Source: a virus
Virus record (IMG/VR): IMGVR_UViG_3300018868_001080
DNA: 64,000 nucleotides
Strand: one strand, 5' to 3'
Shown here one piece after another: positions 29,824-38,102 of this stretch (the stretch's first letter is position 1; every line of letters begins with the position of its first letter). The position numbers and the translations under genes were made by a program. Below the pieces are notes generated by a model, which was not told the origin of the DNA, made no database searches, and worked only from the letters and a program-made list of their open reading frames with translations.

Positions 29824-31311
29824 ATGGCCATCTACAATCCATTATACCTGAATAGCAGCACCAACACGTGGACTGCTGTTGATAACACATTGTCTGCAGA
29901 TCCTATGCACACAAGAACTGTGATGTATTCGGGTGATCGCTTGTTTTTTGGTGGTAACTTCATATACAATTTTACCAATGCCAACAATGTTGCTAATTTT
30001 CAACTGCCAGCCAAATCATACCAAGTGGGTTGTGTGGGGTACTTTGACACTACTATCAACCGCATTCAATCCATTGGTGCAATTGGCACATTTACAGAGC
30101 AAGCGTATTGCAATAGTGCGGCATGTGAAGCTCTGAGCACGTTTGACTTGCAGAATTCAGTCAATTGCTTAACTCTGTGTGGTGCAAATCTGGTGGCAGC
30201 AGGCTATTTCAAATCCATTAACACACAAATCACGGGGTTTCAAGCGCTTACTGCAATGCCCACAAGCATTTGGTTTGAATTATCTGATACTCCACCATTC
30301 AACACTGGTATTCTTTCTGGTCAAGTTATTACTGTGCCTCAATACAATCTAATATTCACCAACTTATATACCATGGGACTGGCAACTAGCTTCATGCCCA
30401 AACTGTCTGGTAATCCTGCCGTGAACATTGCATACTACAGCCCAACTATTGGCAGGTGGCAGGCATTTCCCAACACCACCAATGTAGATTTTAGCAGCGG
30501 TGTATTTTTAGCATGTGAAACCTACAACAATATAGTATATGCAACTGGATTTGGCACTGGTATATCTGGCGGTCTCTACTACAACAGTGGCAATCAATGG
30601 AACCAAGTAACACCATCCATTTCAAACAATTGTGAAAACACATCCGACACACCTACAGGCTTCTTTCTGTACAACGACCAGCGTGGCAATTTAATATACT
30701 GCGGATCATTTGATAGCTATACTGGTGATACCGCCAAATCTGGCATAATGAAATATAATGGCAGTGTGTTCAGTGCCATTGGCAATGGTTTTGATGGGTC
30801 ACCCAATCCATATGCAACTTGTGCAATGGTGACGCTATCTGGTGACAACTACATTGCAGTAGGCAATTTTCCAGATAAAATTGCTTGGATAAATCGCAGC
30901 ACTGGCACAACTTGGACCAAACTCTACAATGGTACTGCGGCTGCAGCGGGGTTTATTACAGCTGATACTATCGCATGCATGGATTTGTCGGGTAATAACA
31001 TGGTGTTTGGTGGCGCATTCGATTTAGATCCAGCCACCCCTAATACCAATGGTGTTGCTGCAATAACTAATAACAATGTCACAGGCATGCCGCAAGATAT
31101 ATATGGTATAGATGATCTCTTTGCTTTGGGACGCTTACCACGAGTGTTGTTTGCCAATGTGCCTGTGGACTATTCTGTGAACACCACAATTGCTGCAGAT
31201 TTTACTACTGCAATATTGCAAAGCCACCGTGACACAATGCTCACCACCAGCGGCATATCTGCATATAGCACAGCACCCTACCAAGGTGTTGATGGCATCA
31301 TAATAACATAA
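29824..31311 (+). CDS. Beta-propeller virion protein
   Basis: Repeated blades LFFGGNF, LVAAGYF, LIYCGSF, IAVGNF, MVFGGAF with W-containing strands. Ends DGIIIT, like the DGIIVG near the end of the previous gene. Confidence 0.65.
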   Translation: MAIYNPLYLNSSTNTWTAVDNTLSADPMHTRTVMYSGDRLFFGGNFIYNFTNANNVANFQLPAKSYQVGCVGYFDTTINRIQSIGAIGTFTEQAYCNSAACEALSTFDLQNSVNCLTLCGANLVAAGYFKSINTQITGFQALTAMPTSIWFELSDTPPFNTGILSGQVITVPQYNLIFTNLYTMGLATSFMPKLSGNPAVNIAYYSPTIGRWQAFPNTTNVDFSSGVFLACETYNNIVYATGFGTGISGGLYYNSGNQWNQVTPSISNNCENTSDTPTGFFLYNDQRGNLIYCGSFDSYTGDTAKSGIMKYNGSVFSAIGNGFDGSPNPYATCAMVTLSGDNYIAVGNFPDKIAWINRSTGTTWTKLYNGTAAAAGFITADTIACMDLSGNNMVFGGAFDLDPATPNTNGVAAITNNNVTGMPQDIYGIDDLFALGRLPRVLFANVPVDYSVNTTIAADFTTAILQSHRDTMLTTSGISAYSTAPYQGVDGIIIT

Positions 31312-31344
31312 TAGCATTTTGCGCAGCATGTTGTAAAATACAAC

Positions 31345-32592
31345 ATGGACAGCATATACATTCAAATTGCATCGTATAGAGATCCACAATTAATTGTTAC
31401 TCTTCGAGATTGCATTGCCAATGCTGCACATCCAGAGTTGTTGCATTTTGGTATTTGCTGGCAACATGATGAGAAGGATAGCTTGGAAGAATTTGCAAAT
31501 GATGCACGATTCACTATTATAGATGTGCCATATCAAAAAAGTAAAGGTGTTTGTTGGGCAAGAAGCACCATTCAAAACCATTATCGAGGTGAAAAGTATA
31601 CTCTGCAGCTAGACAGTCACCATCGATTCACTAAAAATTGGGATACTACTCTCATCAAAATGATAAAACAATTGCAGAAAAAGGGTCACAAGAAACCACT
31701 ACTGACTGCTTACTTACCTAGTTTTGACCCAGACAATGACCCAGCATTACGTATTAATACACCATGGAAGATGAACTTCGACCGGTTCATACCTGAAGGT
31801 GCTGTGTTCTTCATACCTGCTTCAATTGACAATTTCAAAGATTTGCATGAGCCTGTGCCTGCACGGTTCTATTCTGCACACTTCTGCTTCACTTTGGGCA
31901 AGTTTTGCAAAGAAGTTCCACATGATCCAGATTATTATTTTCATGGTGAAGAGATTAGCATTGCTGTGCGCGCTTTTACACATGGGTATGATTTGTTCCA
32001 TCCACACCAGGTGGTTGTATGGCATGAGTACACCCGCAAGGGGCGGACCAAGCATTGGGATGATGATAAGGATTGGGGCAAGCGCAACGAACTGTGTCAT
32101 CTACGCAACCGCAAACTGTTTGAAATGGATGGTGAAAAAAAGGACATTGACTTTGGGCCTTACGATTTTGGTAGCAAGAGAACTCTCAAGGATTATGAAA
32201 AATATGCAGGTCTCAGTTTCAAGAAACGCGCTGTGCAACAGTACACTGTGGACCATCACTTGGCACCAAACCCATACACTTTTAAACATGAAAAAGAATG
32301 GGAAGCATCATTTCTTCAGATTTTTAAGCATTGCATTGATGTGCGTTATGAGCAAGTGCCTGAAAAAGATTACGACTTCTGGTGTGTGGCTTTCAAGGAT
32401 AAAGAAGGCAAGGATGTGTATCGCAAGGATGCAGACAAAGATGAGATTCAGCGTATGTTTCACGATCCAGACAAGTACTGCAAAGTTTGGGGAGAGTTTA
32501 ATTGTGAAGCCATGCCTGCAAGTTGGTTAGTGTGGCCTCATAGCATAAGCAAAGGATGGGCAGAGCCCATCACTGGTACTATTGGTCAATAA
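31345..32592 (+). CDS. GT60-family polypeptide/[Skp1]-hydroxyproline N-acetylglucosaminyltransferase-like enzyme
   Basis: I.IQIASYRD, SKG.CWAR, LQLDSH.RF..NWD, F.GEEI....R..THGYD.F.P....WH.Y: the hallmark motifs of the GlcNAc-T (GT60) family. Confidence 0.9.
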   Translation: MDSIYIQIASYRDPQLIVTLRDCIANAAHPELLHFGICWQHDEKDSLEEFANDARFTIIDVPYQKSKGVCWARSTIQNHYRGEKYTLQLDSHHRFTKNWDTTLIKMIKQLQKKGHKKPLLTAYLPSFDPDNDPALRINTPWKMNFDRFIPEGAVFFIPASIDNFKDLHEPVPARFYSAHFCFTLGKFCKEVPHDPDYYFHGEEISIAVRAFTHGYDLFHPHQVVVWHEYTRKGRTKHWDDDKDWGKRNELCHLRNRKLFEMDGEKKDIDFGPYDFGSKRTLKDYEKYAGLSFKKRAVQQYTVDHHLAPNPYTFKHEKEWEASFLQIFKHCIDVRYEQVPEKDYDFWCVAFKDKEGKDVYRKDADKDEIQRMFHDPDKYCKVWGEFNCEAMPASWLVWPHSISKGWAEPITGTIGQ

Positions 32593-32604
32593 TATTGTAA
32601 GGTA

Positions 32605-33615
32605 ATGAAAGCAAAGATAAGGATTCACAGACCAGAGAATATACAGTGGGGCAGATACCATACACCATGGTTTAGATATTTTAAAACATTCCTAGAACAA
32701 CACTTTGATGTGGAGTGTTTAACTTATGACAGCAGAGAGGACTTGGGGTATGCGCATATAGAATTAGCTTGCAAAGACAATATTGGCTTGCAACCCACTG
32801 TGAGCGATGTTGATACCCTCATAGAGAATCTTGAAACTGGTGATTTTGTTGTGTTGAGTTTTACTGAGTACTTTAACCATAGAAATGTTCATTACTTGAA
32901 ATCAATGCATTGTAAAAAAATACTCTTGGCACATTTTAGTTATCATAATATTTACCATTGGTTAAAAGCTGATAGACTATTACACAGAATTGATGCAGTT
33001 TCACCTTGGTTTTTTGGTTGGATGGAAGAGTTTGATATTAATTCATGCAGAGATTATAAGAATCAAGTTACAGAATTTTGCACTGACAAAATGTTCTGGA
33101 AGGGATCAGGATGGCGAGGTGGTGATGCGGCTTATAGAAAAGTTGTTAATTTATTGAAAGAAAAAGGATTGGTTGATCCAGATTCAATGAATCATGATCA
33201 ATATATGAAGGAACTCGCCAGACACAAAATCGCTTTATCCTATTATTTAGATTTGTCCATGTACAGCACACCATATGATCACCCAGGTGAGTTTTGCTAC
33301 AGAGACATGGAATACATGTCCATAGGCGTGCCATTTATCCGCATTGAATACAGGGATGCAGTTTATGATGGTCTGATACCCAATTACCATTACATTGCCA
33401 TACCTAGAGACAAAGCATACGTTGAGTACTCTAAAAACGGTGATGCTGGAGTTGCAAATATAATTGAACAAAAATTTAACGAAGTTAAAAATGATGATGA
33501 TTTCTTAAAGTTCATATCAAAAAATCAACTTGAATGGTTTGACAAATATGCCAATTTACCCAACAGTTTAGACTTTACTTTTAAGCTGACCGGGATAAAT
33601 AATTGGATCCAATAA
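32605..33615 (+). CDS. Putative GT-B-type glycosyltransferase
   Basis: FWKG...YR...Y..EL..HKIAL....GEFCYRD.EY...GVP pattern of GT1_2/exostosin-like C-domains. Confidence 0.6.
   Translation: MKAKIRIHRPENIQWGRYHTPWFRYFKTFLEQHFDVECLTYDSREDLGYAHIELACKDNIGLQPTVSDVDTLIENLETGDFVVLSFTEYFNHRNVHYLKSMHCKKILLAHFSYHNIYHWLKADRLLHRIDAVSPWFFGWMEEFDINSCRDYKNQVTEFCTDKMFWKGSGWRGGDAAYRKVVNLLKEKGLVDPDSMNHDQYMKELARHKIALSYYLDLSMYSTPYDHPGEFCYRDMEYMSIGVPFIRIEYRDAVYDGLIPNYHYIAIPRDKAYVEYSKNGDAGVANIIEQKFNEVKNDDDFLKFISKNQLEWFDKYANLPNSLDFTFKLTGINNWIQ
33577..33608 (+). repeat. 32-bp direct repeat, copy 1
   Basis: ACTTTTAAGCTGACCGGGATAAATAATTGGAT. Confidence 0.9.
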
Positions 33616-33616
33616 T

Positions 33617-34240
33617 ATGAGTAACATGGAGAGGGTAGTTTTAAAAGAGAGTGATTTTACCGCAAAATGCAATGCAATCAAAGATCTTTTCTTTTTTCAA
33701 ATAGGCGCAAACGATGGCATTAGTGTAGATCCAATTCATAAATTAGTACAAGAACACAATTGGAGTGGAATATTGATTGAACCTGGCATTGATGCTTTCA
33801 ATGCTCTCAAACAAAACTATAGTACACAATCTAATTTAATTTTTGAGAATTCTGCAGTTACCAATGTGGATGGTGATATAGTGTTGTGGTGTGGCACGAC
33901 AACCCCTCATTTTACTCTAGATTATCAAAAAGCTGTTAACATGTTTGATGTTCAACCAAAACCTACAACTGTAAATGGTGTCAAATCAGCAACACTACTA
34001 AAAAAACATAATGCACTGAAAGTAGATCTTCTGCAAATAGATGCAGAGGGACATGACTTTGTAATACTAAAGGACTGGCCATTTGATTCGTATCGCCCCA
34101 AAATAATTAGATTTGAATTCATAAATTTAAACGATTCATTCCATGAATGTATAGGGTTTATAAAAAATCTTAATTATCAAATATTTTATTCTGAAGACGG
34201 TGCTGATGTAATTGCACTATGTAATAATTATGAATTTTGA
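33617..34240 (+). CDS. FkbM-family SAM methyltransferase
   Basis: QIGANDG..DP, W.GILIEP, N.AV, DLLQIDAEGHD..IL, P..I.FE. Confidence 0.92.
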   Translation: MSNMERVVLKESDFTAKCNAIKDLFFFQIGANDGISVDPIHKLVQEHNWSGILIEPGIDAFNALKQNYSTQSNLIFENSAVTNVDGDIVLWCGTTTPHFTLDYQKAVNMFDVQPKPTTVNGVKSATLLKKHNALKVDLLQIDAEGHDFVILKDWPFDSYRPKIIRFEFINLNDSFHECIGFIKNLNYQIFYSEDGADVIALCNNYEF

Positions 34241-34349
34241 AAAAATAGAACTATGGGACAAGCAATATTATGCTGCTCATGTAGGTATTATTGTTAACAA
34301 TATGATTAGCACTTTTAAGCTGACCGGGCTAAATAATTGGATAAAATGA
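34230..34349 (+). pseudogene. 39-codon chimeric gene remnant
   Basis: MNFEKIELWDKQYYAAHVGIIVNNMISTFKLTGLNNWIK*; the last 12 residues copy the C-terminus of the 32605..33615 product. Confidence 0.55.
34311..34342 (+). repeat. 32-bp direct repeat, copy 2 (1 mismatch)
   Basis: ACTTTTAAGCTGACCGGGCTAAATAATTGGAT. Confidence 0.9.
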
Positions 34350-35068
34350 GTATGCTTTGCTATTCAACAGCTTCATATGGATGCAAATACTATAACGCAA
34401 CAAATAAGCTTATAGAATCGCTCAATATTATTGAAAGCAAAAAATTACCTACAATTTTTGTTATGACGGATAAAGTGGACGCTATAACCAAACACCCAAA
34501 CGTTTTCGTAAAGGATATCAATGACTATAACCCAAAATATTCTACTTATAATGACAATTACTATAGATACAACGCAACTGCACACCGATACAATGTTTTG
34601 CACGCCTTAGAAAATGGTTATACTAATATCACGTACATGGATACAGATTTGTTATTTTTACCAAATTTTGATTTAGATATAGTGGAGACTTTCTTTGAGC
34701 CAAATACAGTTGCAGGTGAATCTATGTATGAGTTTAAAGATTATTTTATTGGTGCGATGTTAGGCAAGCGTTTTGCTAGTTATTACAAGCATTTTGAAGG
34801 TAGCGAAAATTTAGATCAATTTAAAGATATGGTTATGCCTGATGATAGGTTAATTTATTACAGCTTTCGTGATGTTAATCACGGTAAAGAATATGTGGAA
34901 TGGTGGGGCAAATGTAGTGATTATAGAGAACAGGCTGTTTTAGGTTGCGCTCCAGTAGGCAATTTAGATGAGAATTGTTTTTGCGCATACAAAACAGGCA
35001 TGAAAGTAGAACCAAGCCATACTGCATATAAGTACAAAATGACAGTAAACGATCACGTTACGCATTAA
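34346..35068 (+). CDS. Putative GT-A fold (DxD) glycosyltransferase/nucleotide-diphospho-sugar transferase
   Basis: IFVMTD and ITYMDTD (DxD) motifs; start set to ATG 34346, which overlaps the TGA of the remnant ORF. Confidence 0.55.
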   Translation: MSMLCYSTASYGCKYYNATNKLIESLNIIESKKLPTIFVMTDKVDAITKHPNVFVKDINDYNPKYSTYNDNYYRYNATAHRYNVLHALENGYTNITYMDTDLLFLPNFDLDIVETFFEPNTVAGESMYEFKDYFIGAMLGKRFASYYKHFEGSENLDQFKDMVMPDDRLIYYSFRDVNHGKEYVEWWGKCSDYREQAVLGCAPVGNLDENCFCAYKTGMKVEPSHTAYKYKMTVNDHVTH

Positions 35069-35075
35069 GATAAAT

Positions 35076-35708
35076 ATGGAAGATCAGAAAATTACAGGCT
35101 GCTGTACGTACAACGGTGTACTGGCTATGCAAAGACCAGAAGTCTTTGATGTATTTAAGGAGTTTATTACAGCAGTCCGACCATCTAGAGTTGTAGAAAT
35201 AGGCACAGCAGCTGGCGGTTTGACTCTTTGTATAAGAGATATTTTTAATGAGATTGGATTGCAAGATGCGCCTGTTAGAACTTTTGATGTCAATCCTGAT
35301 CAGTGGCGTGAAAAAGCTTTTGAAAATAAAAATATTGAGCTACACTTAGAAAATATATTTGGTCCTTGCGATGAAGAACCAATCAACATGGTTCTATCTT
35401 TAACAAAACCCGAACTCATAGTACCCTTCATTCAAGCACCTGGAATAACCTTAGTTTTATGTGATGGTGGAAACAAGAGAGGCGAGTTTAATTGCTTGGC
35501 TCGCTATTTAAAACCAGGTGATATAATTATGGCTCATGATTATATTAGTAACTTGAATGAGTTTCAAGATCATTACATAAATAAAATTTGGAATTGGTTA
35601 GAGATATGTGACATTGATATACAAGGACATACCGAGAAATATAATTTAAAGCCTTTTTGGCAGGATAAATTTGACAAAGTTGTCTGGGTTTGTAGGCAGA
35701 AACAATGA
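35076..35708 (+). CDS. Class I SAM methyltransferase (CmcI/Methyltransf_24-like)
   Basis: VVEIGTAAGG, V..FD, LVLCDGG.K..EF, LKPGDII..HDY. Confidence 0.85.
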   Translation: MEDQKITGCCTYNGVLAMQRPEVFDVFKEFITAVRPSRVVEIGTAAGGLTLCIRDIFNEIGLQDAPVRTFDVNPDQWREKAFENKNIELHLENIFGPCDEEPINMVLSLTKPELIVPFIQAPGITLVLCDGGNKRGEFNCLARYLKPGDIIMAHDYISNLNEFQDHYINKIWNWLEICDIDIQGHTEKYNLKPFWQDKFDKVVWVCRQKQ

Positions 35709-37372
35709 ATCAAAATATTACGCTTGTAACAGGTATTTTTGATTTGGGAAGAGATAAAGCCGGTGAAGGATTCAAGCGACCCTTCACCCATTATATTGTA
35801 AAATTTACAGAACTCTTGAGAGCAACTAAAAATTATAACATGGTTGTGTATATTGAAGAAAGATACAAAGATTTAGTGTTAGATATCAGAGATCCACACA
35901 ACACACAAATTCGTATCAAAGAAATTGATGAGTTCAAAACGAACTTTCCTTTTTATAACAATACTACAGAAATAAGAAACAAAGACAGTTGGTTGAACCA
36001 AACTGGTTGGCTGCGTGAGAGTACTCAAGCAACCATGGAGCTATACAACCCTATGGTTATGTCCAAGATGTTCATGCTGCATGATGAGAAGGTTAGAAAT
36101 TCCTTCAATACAGATTATTTTTATTGGATTGATGGTGGATTAACAAGCACTGTGCATCATGGTTATTTTTCAAAAGATAAAGTCTTGGACAAGATACCAA
36201 AAATTACAGATAAATTTCTTTTCATAGCATTCCCTTATGCAGAGGGTAATGAGATACATGGTTTCACAAGAACAAAAATGAATGAAATGGCTCAAACAAA
36301 AAATGTTGAGTATGTTTGCCGTGGGGGATTCTTTGGTGGCCATAAAAATAACATATCAGACATCAACGGCATATACTACTCTCTTTTGAGCAACACGCTT
36401 AACGAGGGATACATGGGCACAGAAGAGAGCATCTTCACGCTCATGACATACACACACCCGCATTTGTTTGCAAAACACATGATAGATGGTAATGGCCTAA
36501 TTAATAAATTTTTCGAAGATGTAAAGACCACCACATTCACTGAGAATACAATCACATTGAACAATTACTCAGGTGTTAACCTGTATGTGTTGTCATTCAA
36601 CTCACCAGAACAGTTTGAAAAATTAATTGAAAGTTATTTGAAGCAACCTGGTTTTGTACGTGAAACAAAGAATATTCTAATAGATAACAGTACCAACCCT
36701 GCAGTTAATGACAAGTATGTGGAGCTTTGTGCAAAATTTAACTTTGAACACATCAAAAAGAATAACATTGGCATATGTGGTGGTAGACAATTTGTTGCAG
36801 AGCACTTCGATTCAACAGATGCCAAGTACTATATGTTTCTAGAGGATGACATGAATTTATGCAGCGAGGATCTAAAGACCTGCAAAAACGGGTTTTCGAG
36901 ATGTATTGACAATTTATATTACAAGATTCAAAAAATTATGGATAAAGAGGATTACGACTTTCTTAAACTATCATACACTGAATTCTTTGGCGACAACACA
37001 ACACAATGGTCATGGTACAATGTACCGCAGTCCATAAGAGAATTGTACTGGCCAGATAAACATGTACTGCCTGTGCATGGCTTGGATCCAAATTCACCCA
37101 AGACAATCTTCAAGCATATTGGAAGCATGGATGGGTTGAGCTACATTGATGGTGAGGTGTATTATTGCAACTGGCCTCAAATTGTATCACGAGCTGGTAA
37201 CAAGAGAATGTTTCTGAGTACCAAGTGGGGACATCCCTTTGAACAGACATGGATGTCATTCATGTATCAGTTAACCAAGAAAGACATGTTGAGAGGTGCA
37301 GTTTTATTGGCATCCCCTATAAATCATGAAAGATTTGCCTTTTATAAAAGTGAAGAGAGACGAGAAAACTAA
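35705..37372 (+). CDS. HtrL/YibB-family domain fused to a GT2-like domain
   Basis: N-terminal TLVTG.FD.GR, YFYWIDGG, GGFFGG, TEE (HtrL); C-terminal LIDNS, N.GICGGR, Y..F.EDDM (GT-A). Confidence 0.8.
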   Translation: MNQNITLVTGIFDLGRDKAGEGFKRPFTHYIVKFTELLRATKNYNMVVYIEERYKDLVLDIRDPHNTQIRIKEIDEFKTNFPFYNNTTEIRNKDSWLNQTGWLRESTQATMELYNPMVMSKMFMLHDEKVRNSFNTDYFYWIDGGLTSTVHHGYFSKDKVLDKIPKITDKFLFIAFPYAEGNEIHGFTRTKMNEMAQTKNVEYVCRGGFFGGHKNNISDINGIYYSLLSNTLNEGYMGTEESIFTLMTYTHPHLFAKHMIDGNGLINKFFEDVKTTTFTENTITLNNYSGVNLYVLSFNSPEQFEKLIESYLKQPGFVRETKNILIDNSTNPAVNDKYVELCAKFNFEHIKKNNIGICGGRQFVAEHFDSTDAKYYMFLEDDMNLCSEDLKTCKNGFSRCIDNLYYKIQKIMDKEDYDFLKLSYTEFFGDNTTQWSWYNVPQSIRELYWPDKHVLPVHGLDPNSPKTIFKHIGSMDGLSYIDGEVYYCNWPQIVSRAGNKRMFLSTKWGHPFEQTWMSFMYQLTKKDMLRGAVLLASPINHERFAFYKSEERREN

Positions 37373-37384
37373 TTAAATAATACA

Positions 37385-38074
37385 GTGAACACTGTTACAG
37401 TTAATCTGTCTTCTGTACAAGACCCAGGTGATATTGTAATGTACAATCATTACTGGTTTTCCGACCCTTTATCTGGTACAAATATTGCCTATCCAGTGAC
37501 TGCAAATGGTGACTTCTTTACATATAGCACCACACCCACAGTAACAGCTGATGATGGTCTCTTTTTTCCGTGGGGGTATCTCTTTGATGACACGTTTGAG
37601 ACCATATATGCAGGTAAATACAAAGGTCTTACAACTTTAAATTTTAATGCATCCGGACTGTCCACAGCATACTTTCCAATCTTGCGCATATATTATGAGT
37701 TTGGTGATGGTACAGTGTACAACAACTCCAGAAATGTGTTGATTGATTACTCCAAGCTTGCCATTGATTCGTTCATAAATGGTTATGGCTATGGTGACCC
37801 CAAGTTTATACCTGTAATGCATACGTATCAACCTAGTGATACTACATTCTCTGTTACATACACTGCACATGTGCAGGTATTCAATGGCAGCTTGGTCACA
37901 AACAATTTCTACATCATCATTGATATTGTGCAAGACTCCATATTTGATTTTGATGATATAAATTTACTGGACACAAAATTCATATCATTATCTGAAAAAA
38001 CCATCATAAACGTGCTTGAAGCCTCAAACCCTGAATATATTCTAAATAATCTTTTAAAATATAGTAATACCTAG
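37385..38074 (+). CDS. Virion protein with PKD-like domain
   Basis: YEFGDGT...HTY motif; TAAATA 5 nt before GTG. Confidence 0.6.
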   Translation: MNTVTVNLSSVQDPGDIVMYNHYWFSDPLSGTNIAYPVTANGDFFTYSTTPTVTADDGLFFPWGYLFDDTFETIYAGKYKGLTTLNFNASGLSTAYFPILRIYYEFGDGTVYNNSRNVLIDYSKLAIDSFINGYGYGDPKFIPVMHTYQPSDTTFSVTYTAHVQVFNGSLVTNNFYIIIDIVQDSIFDFDDINLLDTKFISLSEKTIINVLEASNPEYILNNLLKYSNT

Positions 38075-38102
38075 AAAGTATTGATATTCATAAATATTTT
38101 AA

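Noticed and set aside
29052-29831. 259-aa minus-strand Val/Gly-rich ORF (also 27468..27668, 28142..28549 and 63629..63994)
   Set aside because: These are antisense shadows of Pro/Thr codon repeats; the reverse complement of ACN/CCN repeats lacks stops.
31799-32530. 243-aa alternative-frame ORF inside the GT60 gene
   Set aside because: It is fully nested in a well-conserved gene, has no motif or initiation signal, and has the Met/Cys/Leu-rich composition typical of off-frame reading.
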